Assembly (NCBI GenBank): GCA_038532355.1
Contig: JBCBAT010000016.1
Span: forward strand, 9,159-73,158
Direction: 5' to 3'
DNA: 64,000 nucleotides
From: Pseudomonadota bacterium
Lineage (GTDB): Bacteria; Pseudomonadota; Alphaproteobacteria; Rhodobacterales; Rhodobacteraceae
In this document: positions 54,610 through 64,000 of the stretch, piece by piece
Numbering within the stretch: the stretch's first letter is position 1
Layout: each line of letters starts with the position of its first letter
Notes under the pieces: generated by a model
Seen by the model: the letters and a program-made list of their open reading frames with translations, nothing else
Told to the model about the DNA's origin: nothing
Databases searched by the model: none
Made by a program: the position numbers and the translations under genes

Positions 54610-55332
54610 TTATGGAGCGGGGCTGCGGTAGCTGGAGGTGAGCAGATGCGTGCCCTCTGACGTGGACCAACCAACGCGAGTGCCTTGGCGCAAGTAGGCC
54701 GTGTCACGTGCCGCGAAGACCTCTTTGCCTGCATCCGTTGTCAGGGTCAGCGCGCCCGCCAGAACCTGGATCAATAGATGGTCAGCGACCTGCAAGTCGG
54801 GGATCGTGACGGCAGAATGGGTGGATGTGCGCACCTGCATGGTGCCGGCCGCGTTCACGAAATCCACGCGCTCGGTCGTCACCGCGCCGGACGCCATCGC
54901 CGCGCCCGACAGATCCGGCACAGTGACGCGCGTCAGCGACGGGTTGCATCCAGTGTCTGGCACCGGGCCATCAAGGATCATGAAAAACTTGCGCAAATAG
55001 CCCGGCTGTTCCCACTGGCATTCCAGCCCTTTGGGGATGACGAAGGCATCGCCCGCCTTGAGGTTGATTTCCTCCCCATCCGGCATGCGCATGATCAGCG
55101 TGCCCTCCAGCAGATACATGAATTCATCGACGGTGTATTTGCCCATGTGATCGACGAAAGCCGTGTAATCCCACAGGCCCGCGATGTACCCCTCTGCCTC
55201 AATCTCATGATAGGTGTGGCCGTTCTGAACGGGGGTGCCGGAAAGCAATTCTGATGGCTCCATCTCTTCCCATCGCTCCATCCCCACGCCGGGCGGGCCA
55301 TCGCGGTGAAAGCGGGTGACTGCGTTGGTCAT
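54610..55332 (-). CDS. Tandem cupin-domain protein (EutQ/DUF861-like)
   Basis: GLWDYT..DEFMYLLEG..GDAFVIPKGLECQW first cupin; a degenerate second cupin follows. Confidence 0.8.
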   Translation of the reverse strand: MTNAVTRFHRDGPPGVGMERWEEMEPSELLSGTPVQNGHTYHEIEAEGYIAGLWDYTAFVDHMGKYTVDEFMYLLEGTLIMRMPDGEEINLKAGDAFVIPKGLECQWEQPGYLRKFFMILDGPVPDTGCNPSLTRVTVPDLSGAAMASGAVTTERVDFVNAAGTMQVRTSTHSAVTIPDLQVADHLLIQVLAGALTLTTDAGKEVFAARDTAYLRQGTRVGWSTSEGTHLLTSSYRSPAP

Positions 55333-55715
55333 GATGTTCCTTTCTTCAGAAATGGCACCTCGTCCTGCCAGCAGGTGAATATCTGATTGGCGGTGCGTGC
55401 ATACATGGCGGCATGTTCGCCGGTGACGGCGCGCATGCGGGCCTCGATATGGGCGTAGGCCGCATCCATATGGGCGCGGTCGCGGAAGGTGAGAATGGTG
55501 AAGAACTGGTGGTTGCGGTCTTCATCGGTGTCCATGGGCGTGTCAGAGACGCGCCGTCCCATGGGGCGGGCATCGATGATGAGATCCGCGTCATAGAGTT
55601 CCTGCACGAAGACGCGGTAGGCCTCAGTAAAGCTGGCTTCGTCCTGCCCGGGGCGCAGATCAAAAGTGGAAAGCAGATGGATCTGGCCCACCGGGTCTGC
55701 GTCTTTGGGGCTCAT
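55329..55715 (-). CDS. Small hypothetical protein, possibly a dimeric alpha+beta barrel
   Basis: 128 aa, 4-nt overlaps with both neighbours; beta-alpha-beta-beta-alpha pattern (FDLRPG..FRDRAHMDAAY). The fold is a guess. Confidence 0.65.
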   Translation of the reverse strand: MSPKDADPVGQIHLLSTFDLRPGQDEASFTEAYRVFVQELYDADLIIDARPMGRRVSDTPMDTDEDRNHQFFTILTFRDRAHMDAAYAHIEARMRAVTGEHAAMYARTANQIFTCWQDEVPFLKKGTS

Positions 55716-57799
55716 TCAGCGGCTCCGGGAAGCGAAACCACTTGAGCGGGGGTGTGCCAGTTGTCGGACAGTTCTGAGAGTTCGCGGTCAAAGGGCACGC
55801 CGTCGACCGCAGGCTCGCCCATTTCGCGGGCGGCGCGGTGGCCGGAATAGATGGCGGCGGCGATCGTGCCCGGGCCTAGTGCGTCGCCGATGCGGGTGAC
55901 GTTGGGCGTCCCCGCAGCAACCAGCGCGTCATAGAGCGCATCCACGGGGCGGCGCATGGTGACGAGGACGGTCGTGGCGGTCTTCAAGGTCGTCTCGCGA
56001 CCTGTGTAGACGCATTCCAGGATCGCCTCCTGCCCACGCAATTCGTGGATGTTTTGGGTGAGGTGCAGATGGACACCTGCCTCCATCAGCTTTTTCTGGA
56101 TGAAATGCTGTTCGAGCGTGTGGTTTGTCCAACCCGACACTTCCGCGCCGGGGGTGACGAAATGCACGTCACAGCCCGCCAAAAGCAGTTTTTCGGCGAT
56201 GGCCCCGCCCATATAGAAATGATCATCGTCAAAGACCACGACCGGCCCGTCCGGCACCACACCAGCCATGATATCTTCGACGGACGTCAGCGCAGCATCG
56301 TCGGCAATCGTGATGCCCGTTGGGTTTTGCCGCCCCACCCCGTCCTGAGACCATTTGGCGCCCGTCGCGATCAGGATCTGATCGGCCCCGAATTCCTGCA
56401 CGGCGGCAGCGTCCAACTCGCTATTGAGGTACAGATCCACGTTGGGCATCTGGCTGATCTGATAGATCCGATAGTCGACCGCCCGGCCCCATTCATTGAG
56501 CCCCGGAAGACGGCGTTCGCCGATGAGCCGCCCGCCCGCTTCATCCCGCGCATCGGCGAGTGTCACCTGATAGCCGCGCTGGCCCAAGGCGCGGGCCGCC
56601 TCCAGACCCGCAGGCCCTGCGCCCACGATCAAAACACTATCTTGCGTCTTGGCGGGCGCGATGCGTTCGGGGTGCCAGCCGCGCCGCCATTCTTCGCCCA
56701 TCGTGGGGTTCTGGGTGCAGCGGATGGGGACGAATTGGTGGTCGCCCGATACACAGATGTTGCAGCCGATGCATTCGCGGATGTCCTCAATGCGGCCCTC
56801 TTCGATCTTTTTGGGAAGGAACGGATCGGCAATGGAGGGACGCGCCGCGCCGATGAAATCGAGGCGGCCTGACTTGATCAGCGACACCATCGCATCGGGC
56901 GAGGTGTAGCGCCCCACGCCCACCACGGGTTTCGTGGTCACGGATTTGACGAAAGCGACATAGTCATCCTGAAAGCCCGATTGTTTGAACCGCGACGTGG
57001 CGCTGTCATGTTCCCAGCCGGAGATATTCACATCCCAAAGATCGGGCTCTTCGGCCATCATCTCGATGAAATCGCGCCCCTCGCCCTCGGAGGTGAAGCC
57101 ATCGTCACCCATCAACTCATCGACGGCAAAGCGCACAGCCACGGCGCAGGTGTCGCCCACGGCATCCTTTGTATCGGCCAGAATTTCACGGAAAAGCCGC
57201 GCACGGTTTTCCAGGGAACCGCCATATTCATCCGTGCGGTGATTGCGGTAGGGCGACAGGAAATGCGACATGGTCGACAGGTGATGGGCGACGTAGACAT
57301 AGACAATGTCATACCCCGCGCGCTTGGCCCTGAGGGCGGCATCGCGGTGCCATTTGCGCAGTGCTTTGATGTCGGTTTTGTCCATCGCGCGGGCCTGCAC
57401 GGGGTCGCCCGTGACAACCGGATGATGCGAAGGCGCAAGCGGGATTTCACGGCTGAAATTGCTGGAGGTGGTCATGCCCGCATGGTTCAGCTCCGCCCCC
57501 GCGAGGCTGCCAAACTCATGAATGCCCTCGCACATGCGCGCGTGGTAGGGGATATCGCGATCATCCCAGAGCCGCCCACCGGCCCAGGGTGTGTGATCGG
57601 CGGAAGGGTGGATTTCGATCTCTTCGGTGCAGATGACAGCCCAGCCGCCCTCGGCCTTGGTTCGGCGCATTTCGGCCATTGAGGACGGAAATGTGCGGCC
57701 CATACCGTTGCAATGAGGCACCTGGTAGAAGCGGTTGCGCGCGGTCACGGGCCCGATTTTGACCGGCTCGAACAGGATGTCGTAGCGTGGATCCCTCAT
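55712..57799 (-). CDS. Trimethylamine/dimethylamine/histamine dehydrogenase-family iron-sulfur flavoprotein
   Basis: RNRFYQVPHC (covalent-FMN Cys), YVAH, RTDEYGGSLENR, CIGCNIC-x11-C 4Fe-4S motif, IVGAGPAGLEAA ADP-binding; start ATG 57799. Confidence 0.9.
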   Translation of the reverse strand: MRDPRYDILFEPVKIGPVTARNRFYQVPHCNGMGRTFPSSMAEMRRTKAEGGWAVICTEEIEIHPSADHTPWAGGRLWDDRDIPYHARMCEGIHEFGSLAGAELNHAGMTTSSNFSREIPLAPSHHPVVTGDPVQARAMDKTDIKALRKWHRDAALRAKRAGYDIVYVYVAHHLSTMSHFLSPYRNHRTDEYGGSLENRARLFREILADTKDAVGDTCAVAVRFAVDELMGDDGFTSEGEGRDFIEMMAEEPDLWDVNISGWEHDSATSRFKQSGFQDDYVAFVKSVTTKPVVGVGRYTSPDAMVSLIKSGRLDFIGAARPSIADPFLPKKIEEGRIEDIRECIGCNICVSGDHQFVPIRCTQNPTMGEEWRRGWHPERIAPAKTQDSVLIVGAGPAGLEAARALGQRGYQVTLADARDEAGGRLIGERRLPGLNEWGRAVDYRIYQISQMPNVDLYLNSELDAAAVQEFGADQILIATGAKWSQDGVGRQNPTGITIADDAALTSVEDIMAGVVPDGPVVVFDDDHFYMGGAIAEKLLLAGCDVHFVTPGAEVSGWTNHTLEQHFIQKKLMEAGVHLHLTQNIHELRGQEAILECVYTGRETTLKTATTVLVTMRRPVDALYDALVAAGTPNVTRIGDALGPGTIAAAIYSGHRAAREMGEPAVDGVPFDRELSELSDNWHTPAQVVSLPGAAE

Positions 57800-57870
57800 A
57801 TGTGCCCCCCTGGGTTTTCGTCTGCCTTGCGGGTTTTCAAGGAAGATAGGACGGTTGCGCAGCTGGGTCC

Positions 57871-57888
57871 ATTGAATAATCATTCAAT
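57871..57888. promoter_or_regulatory. Perfect palindrome ATTGAAT-AATC-ATTCAAT, operator candidate
   Basis: 7-bp arms centred in the 152-bp divergent dehydrogenase / acyl-CoA dehydrogenase gap. Confidence 0.55.
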
Positions 57889-57951
57889 CGTATTTGCACG
57901 GGTGACGCCGCCCAGAAATGCAGCAATAGTGTGCGCGAAAGGGAGCGCTTC

Positions 57952-59130
57952 ATGGAGTTTACAAGAGCCGGGATTTCAGATCGCGCGTTGGAGATTGCCG
58001 ACCGGGTAGAGAGCTTCGTGCGCGATTTGGTCGTGCCCTATGAAGGCGACGCGCGGGTGAGCTTTCACGGGCCATCAGACGAGATGGCGCTAGAGTTGAA
58101 GAGCCTTGCGCGGGAGGCGGGTGTGCTGACGCCGCACATTCTGGAGGATGCCAGCCACCTGACCCAGCGGGAGACGGCTGCGGTGTTGATGCGATCGGGC
58201 CTGTCGATCCTGGGGCCGCTTGCCTGCAACACGGCTGCGCCGGACGAAGGGAATATGCTGCTGATCGGCAAGGTGGGCAGCGCAGAGATGAAAGAGCGGT
58301 TTCTGGAGCCACTGGTGCGCGGCGAAAAACGCTCTGCCTTCTTCATGACGGAACCTGCATCTGAGGGCGGCGCAGGGTCCGATCCGATGATGCTGAAAAC
58401 CACCTGCGTGCCGGATGGCAATCACTGGGTGATCAACGGACGCAAAGCGTTCATCACGGGTGCTGATGGCGCGGGCGTGGGGATTGTGATGGCCAAAGCC
58501 GAGGAAGGCGCCTGCATGTTCCTCGTCGATCTGCCCCACCCGGCCATCCGGGTTGAGCGCGTGCTGGACACAATCGACAACGCCATGCCGGGCGGCCATT
58601 CAGTGGTGGCGATCGACAACCTGCGCCTGCCTGCCGATCAGATGCTTGGCGAGGCAGGCGAAGGGTTCAAATATGCGCAAGTCCGCCTTGGGCCAGCGCG
58701 GCTGTCGCACTGCATGCGCTGGCTTGGGGCCTGCGTGCGTGCGCAGGAGATCGCGACGGATTACGCCAACCGGCGCGAGGCGTTTGGTAAGCGGCTCATT
58801 GACCACGAAGGCGTGGGCTTCATGCTGGCCGAAAACGAAATTGACCTGCGCGCGGCAGAACAAATGACCTATTGGTGCGCCGATGTGCTGGACAGCGGCG
58901 CGCGCGGCACGTCGGAGAGTTCCTCGGCCAAGGTGTTTGTCTCCGAGGCGCTGATGCGTGTGGCGGATAGATGCGTGCAATGCATGGGCGGCACGGGCGT
59001 GACGCAGGATACGATGGTCGAACAGGTCTTCCGCGAACTGCGCGCGTTCCGCATTTATGACGGCCCCACGGAAGTGCACAAATGGAGCCTTGCCAAGAAG
59101 ATCAAGCGCGATTGGGAGCGGGGCCGGTAG
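57952..59130 (+). CDS. Acyl-CoA dehydrogenase (ACAD10/11, FadE-like)
   Basis: NTAAPDEGNM, FFMTEP, WVINGRKAFITG, RLGPARLSHCMR, RIYDGPTEVHK. Confidence 0.93.
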   Translation: MEFTRAGISDRALEIADRVESFVRDLVVPYEGDARVSFHGPSDEMALELKSLAREAGVLTPHILEDASHLTQRETAAVLMRSGLSILGPLACNTAAPDEGNMLLIGKVGSAEMKERFLEPLVRGEKRSAFFMTEPASEGGAGSDPMMLKTTCVPDGNHWVINGRKAFITGADGAGVGIVMAKAEEGACMFLVDLPHPAIRVERVLDTIDNAMPGGHSVVAIDNLRLPADQMLGEAGEGFKYAQVRLGPARLSHCMRWLGACVRAQEIATDYANRREAFGKRLIDHEGVGFMLAENEIDLRAAEQMTYWCADVLDSGARGTSESSSAKVFVSEALMRVADRCVQCMGGTGVTQDTMVEQVFRELRAFRIYDGPTEVHKWSLAKKIKRDWERGR

Positions 59131-59148
59131 ATTTCATGCCTCCGGTGG

Positions 59149-59206
59149 GAGTATTTCCGGCCCAAAAGAAGCGCGCAATCTGGCTTCTTTCTGGCCAAAA
59201 ATACTC
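59149..59206. repeat. REP-like family B (core)
   Basis: GAGTATTTCCGGCCCAAAAGAAG...CTTCTTTCTGGCCAAAAATACTC between convergent genes. Confidence 0.85.
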
Positions 59207-59223
59207 ATGTCCTGACCTGACCG

Positions 59224-60477
59224 TCAGCGCAATTTAAGATCAGACAGAATGCCCGGGATTTTCTTTTTCAACCCGAAAAACCCTTTGGTCGCGTGGGGCC
59301 ATGTCAGCGTGTCATAGTCGCGCCGGATTTCCGTCAGCGTGAGACCGGCCTCAGCCAGATCGGGCGCGGCGTTTTGCAATGCCTCGGATACCGGGCCAAC
59401 AGGCGCATAGGGCGTGACTATGTGGCTGACTTTTGCACGGCGCGCGGCGTCGCAGATGGATGTCGCCCAATCGCCCTGCCCCATGTCGCCATCGACGTCG
59501 AAATGATCAGAGGCACGGACAAGCGCATCTTTCACACCCTCAAGGGCAAACTGCTGCGCGGCCTCACCCACCTCGTGGGGGGAGCGCGCGTCGGTCGCGG
59601 TGAGCGCGTGGATGGAGGCAGGCGCGCGGGTCAGGACCTGATCAGGCGTGCCGTCCTCTTCGGTGATCAATAGCAGGAAGGGCTCAGAAGGCACCGCCTC
59701 CGGCAAGGGCAGCGCGACGCGGGGGTGATCTTCGTCTTCCACTAGCGCGTCTGTCTGGCTGGAAAGCTGGTGCAGCGGGTTGAACCGACCGCCAGTGTAT
59801 TTGTTGATGTTGGAGGCGCGCGCGGCGTAGGTTTTGCCTTTCGTGTGCAGCCCTGCAACCCAGCGCCAGCTGAGCGTGTTGGACGCGGGATCACCATCGA
59901 GCAAATGGCGCAGGAAGAAATCTGCCCCCACCTCCCATGGCAGGCGCAGGGTGAAAATCCAGATGGAGGCAAACCACATCCGCGCGTGATTATGCAGATA
60001 CCCTGTCTTCACCAATTCGCGCGCCCAGGCATCAAAAGCGTCGATGCCTGTGCGGCCTTCCATCGCGGCCTCGATGTCCGCGCGCAAACCGCGGTCGCGC
60101 GCGGCGTCTTCCATCGCCACGTCTAGCCCTGCGCGATAGGCCGTCCAGACCGATGGGCGCTGTTCCATCCAGCCTTTGAAATAGCCGCGCCAGAACACTT
60201 CCTGGATGAATTTCTCCGCCGATGACGGGTTATGCCGGGTCAGAACGGTGCGCAGCACCTCCTCTTCGGAAATCAGCCGGTGGCGGATCCAGGGCGACAG
60301 GCACGACACGTTGGACCGCTTGTCAGGGCCAAAATCATAATTGCGCTGAGAGCTGTAGGTGCGCGCCGTTCGGGGGGCAAACGCCTCCAGCCGGGCAAGG
60401 GCGGCGGCGCGGCTTGGGGTGAAGGACATCGTCTCATTTTCGGGTTCAAACCCCGGTAACGGCAGTGTTTCGTTCAT
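59224..60477 (-). CDS. Short photolyase with N-terminal FAD-binding domain (inverted-topology, NewPHL-type)
   Basis: SCLSPWIRHR, KFIQEVFWRGY, GYLHNHARMWFASIW, LLDGDPASNTLSWRWVAG in the N-terminal half; no N-terminal antenna domain. Start 60477 or 60429. Confidence 0.82.
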   Translation of the reverse strand: MNETLPLPGFEPENETMSFTPSRAAALARLEAFAPRTARTYSSQRNYDFGPDKRSNVSCLSPWIRHRLISEEEVLRTVLTRHNPSSAEKFIQEVFWRGYFKGWMEQRPSVWTAYRAGLDVAMEDAARDRGLRADIEAAMEGRTGIDAFDAWARELVKTGYLHNHARMWFASIWIFTLRLPWEVGADFFLRHLLDGDPASNTLSWRWVAGLHTKGKTYAARASNINKYTGGRFNPLHQLSSQTDALVEDEDHPRVALPLPEAVPSEPFLLLITEEDGTPDQVLTRAPASIHALTATDARSPHEVGEAAQQFALEGVKDALVRASDHFDVDGDMGQGDWATSICDAARRAKVSHIVTPYAPVGPVSEALQNAAPDLAEAGLTLTEIRRDYDTLTWPHATKGFFGLKKKIPGILSDLKLR

Positions 60478-60592
60478 CAGGTGGCGCGCTCCGCTGTGGT
60501 CGGGTCCGGTGAGGGTCACATAGGGTGATTTTCCGCGCTGTCCCGTGCGTTTGGCGCTTTTCCCCGGGGCGCATCGCAATAGGTTGCAGTCC

Positions 60593-61245
<653 letters not shown>

Positions 61246-61249
<4 letters not shown>

Positions 61250-63639
61250 TCCGCGCGGGGTTAACTGCGCTGTGGTCCCATTGGAGGCAAAGCAAGCTGC
61301 AATTGGTGACGTTGCTGGCAGGCCTCGCGCTTGCCACCGCGCTTTGGTCTGGCGTGCAGGCGATCAATTCGGAAGCGCGTGCCAGCTATGATGCTGCGGC
61401 CGCTGTGCTGGGTGAGGGACGGTTTGATCAGCTGGTTCCGGCCAGTGGTGAGGCCATCGCGCTGGACACCTATGTTGCGCTGCGTCGCGCCGGTTGGCAG
61501 GTGTCGCCAGTGGTGGAGGGCGATATTGCTCTGGGCGGCACCCGCGCGCGGATCGTGGGTGTGGATCCCCTGACCGCGCCAGGCGGGTCCGGCACGTCTG
61601 TCCTCAGCGCGCCGCCGGAGCCGCAGGAATTTTTGGGCGACGGGGTGATCTTTGCCCATCCCGGCGTGGCAACCGCGCTGACGGACCGAGTGAGCGCACA
61701 GGTGATCGCCGATGCGGGCGTGGCACCGGATACGGCCCTGATGGATGTGAGCGTGGCCGCGCGGCTGTTGGAGACATCCGATCTGTCGCGCCTGATCGTA
61801 GTGCCGGACCAACCCATGGGCCTGCCGCCTTTGTCAGAGGTGGCCCCCGATCTGATCCGCCAGGGCGCGCAAGACGGGGCGGAGGTCGGGCGGCTGACAG
61901 ACAGTTTTCACCTCAACCTCACGGCGTTCGGGTTGCTGGCCTTCGTCGTGGGGCTTTTCATCGTGCATGGCACCATCGGGCTGGCCTTTGAACAACGCCG
62001 GGGCATGGTGCGCACGCTGCGCGCTTTGGGGATGCCGTTGCGGGTTTTGATTGCCTTGCTGGCGATGGAGATGGCGGCTTTTGCCCTGATCGCGGGTGGG
62101 GTGGGTGTGCTTTTGGGGTACCTGATTGCCGGTGCGCTGCTTCCGGATGTCGCGGCCACATTGGAAGGTCTCTACGGCGCGCAGATCTCCGGCGCGTTGC
62201 AGCTTCGACCGGATTGGTGGCTCACGGGGCTGGGCATCGCTTTCGCAGGGACCCTGATTGCCGCCTCTGGCGCGCTGTGGCGGATTGCGCGGATGCCGAT
62301 TTTGGCCAGCCCTGGTGGCCGCGCCTGGGCCGTGGCCTCGGGCAAAACGCGGGGTTGGCTGGGTTTGGCCGCGATTGCGTTGGGCGCGCTGGCGGCGGTG
62401 GCTTTGGTCTTTGGTCAGGGTCTGCTTGTGGCATTCGCGGGGCTGGGCGCGCTTTTGATGGGCGCAGCCCTTGCCCTGCCTGCGCTTCTGGACCGCGTGC
62501 TGGCCTGGGCGGAGGCCCGGGCGCGTGGCATACGCGCCCAATGGTTCTGGGCCGACACGCGCCAGCAGGTGCCGGGGCTGTCACTGGCCCTGATGGCGCT
62601 CTTGCTGGCGGCGGCGGCCAATGTCGGTGTGTCGACCATGGTGTCAAGCTTTCGCCTGACCTTCGTGGATTTTCTGGATCAACGGTTGGCCTCTGACCTT
62701 TACATTCAGGCCGAGGATGAAACCCAAGCGGCAGAGGTGGAGGCGTTTCTGCGCCCGATCACATCAGAAATCATGCCACTGCTTTACGTGGACACGCGGC
62801 TTGCTGATCAGCCTGCGGAACTCTACGGCGTGCGCGTCGGTGCGACCTATCGCGAAAACTGGGGGTTTCTGGCGGGCCGCGACACCGCGTGGCAGGATGT
62901 GGCCCAAGGCACCGCCGTGGTCATCAACGAACAGATGGCGCGCCGGGCGGGGCTGTGGCTGGGTGATGACTTGGTCGTGGCCCCGGGCGTGACATTGCCA
63001 ATCGCGGGCGTTTTTGGGGATTACGGCAACCCTGTGGGGCAAGCCGTGCTGGGCGAGGATCTGTTCCTCACCCTATACCCGGATGCGCGGCCCACGCGCT
63101 TTGGCATTCGAGTGGACAGCAAAGAGGCGGCCCGCGCGGCGCTGCTGGAGTTCGGCCTGAAGGAGCCGCAGATCATCGACCAACAGGTGATCAAGGATTT
63201 CTCACTCGACGTGTTTGAACGCACTTTCACGGTCACGGCGGCGCTCAATGTGCTGACGCTGTCTGTGGCGGGCTTTGCCATTCTGACCTCCCTCCTGACG
63301 CTGGCGGCGATCCGGGTGCCGCAACTGGCACCGGCCTGGGCGATGGGGCTGACGCGCGCGGCCCTTGGCCGGTTGGAGATGGTGCGCGCCGTGGTGTTGG
63401 CGGCGCTCACGATGCTCTTGGCTGTGCCCTTGGGGTTGATGCTGGCCTGGGTGCTGCTGGCCGTGGTGAATGTGGAGGCGTTTGGCTGGCGGCTACCGAT
63501 GTTCATCTTTCCGCTGGATTACGCCACGCTTGCGGTTTTCGGCGTCCTTGCGGCGGCTTTGGCCGCGCTTTGGCCGGCGCGGCGTCTGGCCCGCACGCCG
63601 CCTGCCGATTTGCTGAAGGTGTTTTCCAATGAACGCTAG
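61246..63639 (+). CDS. FtsX/MacB-like ABC permease (duplicated, 797 aa)
   Basis: Two periplasmic plus TM modules; FHLNLTAFGLLAF, RTLRALG, FERTFTVTAALN. Confidence 0.88.
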
Positions 63640-64000
63640 GGTGGTCATTTTAGCGGTGTTTCTGCCATTGGCGGCATGGGCGCAGGGCTTTGCAGGGCTT
63701 GGCACGGATGCCGATGGGTTTTCCGTGCCCGAACGCGGTTATTCCTTCACCTTCCCTACGGACCACGGGCCGCATCCCGATTTTCGCATCGAATGGTGGT
63801 ACCTAACGGCCAATCTGGAAGCTGAGGATGGCACGCCTTACGGGCTGCAATGGACGCTCTTCCGTTCTGCCCTAGCCCCGGAAGACCGTGACGGATGGGA
63901 GAGCCCGCAAATTTGGTTCGCCCATGCCGCCGTCACCACGCCGGACGCGCATCACGTGGCTGAACGCGTGGCGCGCGGCGGGATCGGCCAGGCGGGGGTG
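63629..64000 (+). CDS. Secreted lipocalin-like protein (AttH/CrtC-like), 5' part; runs off the right edge
   Basis: Manual translation from ATG 63629: MNARVVILAVFLPLAAWAQGFAGLG...FPTDHGPHPDFRIEWWYLTANL...GLQWTLFR; overlaps the permease stop. Confidence 0.85.
   Translation, partial: MNARVVILAVFLPLAAWAQGFAGLGTDADGFSVPERGYSFTFPTDHGPHPDFRIEWWYLTANLEAEDGTPYGLQWTLFRSALAPEDRDGWESPQIWFAHAAVTTPDAHHVAERVARGGIGQAGV

Noticed and set aside
57872-57887. FNR/FnrL box
   Set aside because: Arms are TTGAAT/ATTCAA rather than TTGAT/ATCAA, so the spacing is 2 bp too long; kept only as a generic operator.

Overview
GC-rich alphaproteobacterial chromosomal DNA whose gene content and order point to the Roseobacter group (Rhodobacterales); the taxon is inferred, not read from a marker gene. 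Left to right: GT2 fragment, ygfZ, efp, a conserved hypothetical, cobQ, a PopZ-like acidic protein, tolC, tRNA-Cys, an orphan MmgE/PrpD enzyme, the complete beta-hydroxyaspartate cycle (bhcRABCD), a SoxG/SoxH-like plus rhodanese operon, the Sox thiosulfate-oxidation cluster (soxT-R-S / soxV-X-Y-Z-A-B-C-D-E-F, soxW absent), a Blh-like sulfurtransferase, 5-oxoprolinase, a DEAD-box helicase, moaE-moaD-pgsA, an inserted globin-coupled chemoreceptor, uvrC, housekeeping and transport genes, an orphan rfbC, selD and mnmH, a trimethylamine/histamine-dehydrogenase-family operon, an acyl-CoA dehydrogenase, an inverted-domain photolyase and an ABC/lipocalin module cut by the window end. Best leads: (1) the 289-bp gap upstream of uvrC has the layout of a chromosomal replication origin (perfect DnaA box, perfect IHF site, CtrA boxes, 25% GC core); (2) soxE has no signal peptide and starts with a linker-like stretch in the +1 frame across the soxD stop, suggesting a split or frameshifted SoxD-SoxE fusion; (3) four ATTC-N8-GAAT-type boxes outline a SoxR regulon; (4) two dispersed palindromic repeat families and an 11-bp-period array occupy intergenic space. 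No integrase, transposase, prophage, rRNA or CRISPR array was seen. All calls rest on motif recognition by eye; no database search was run.
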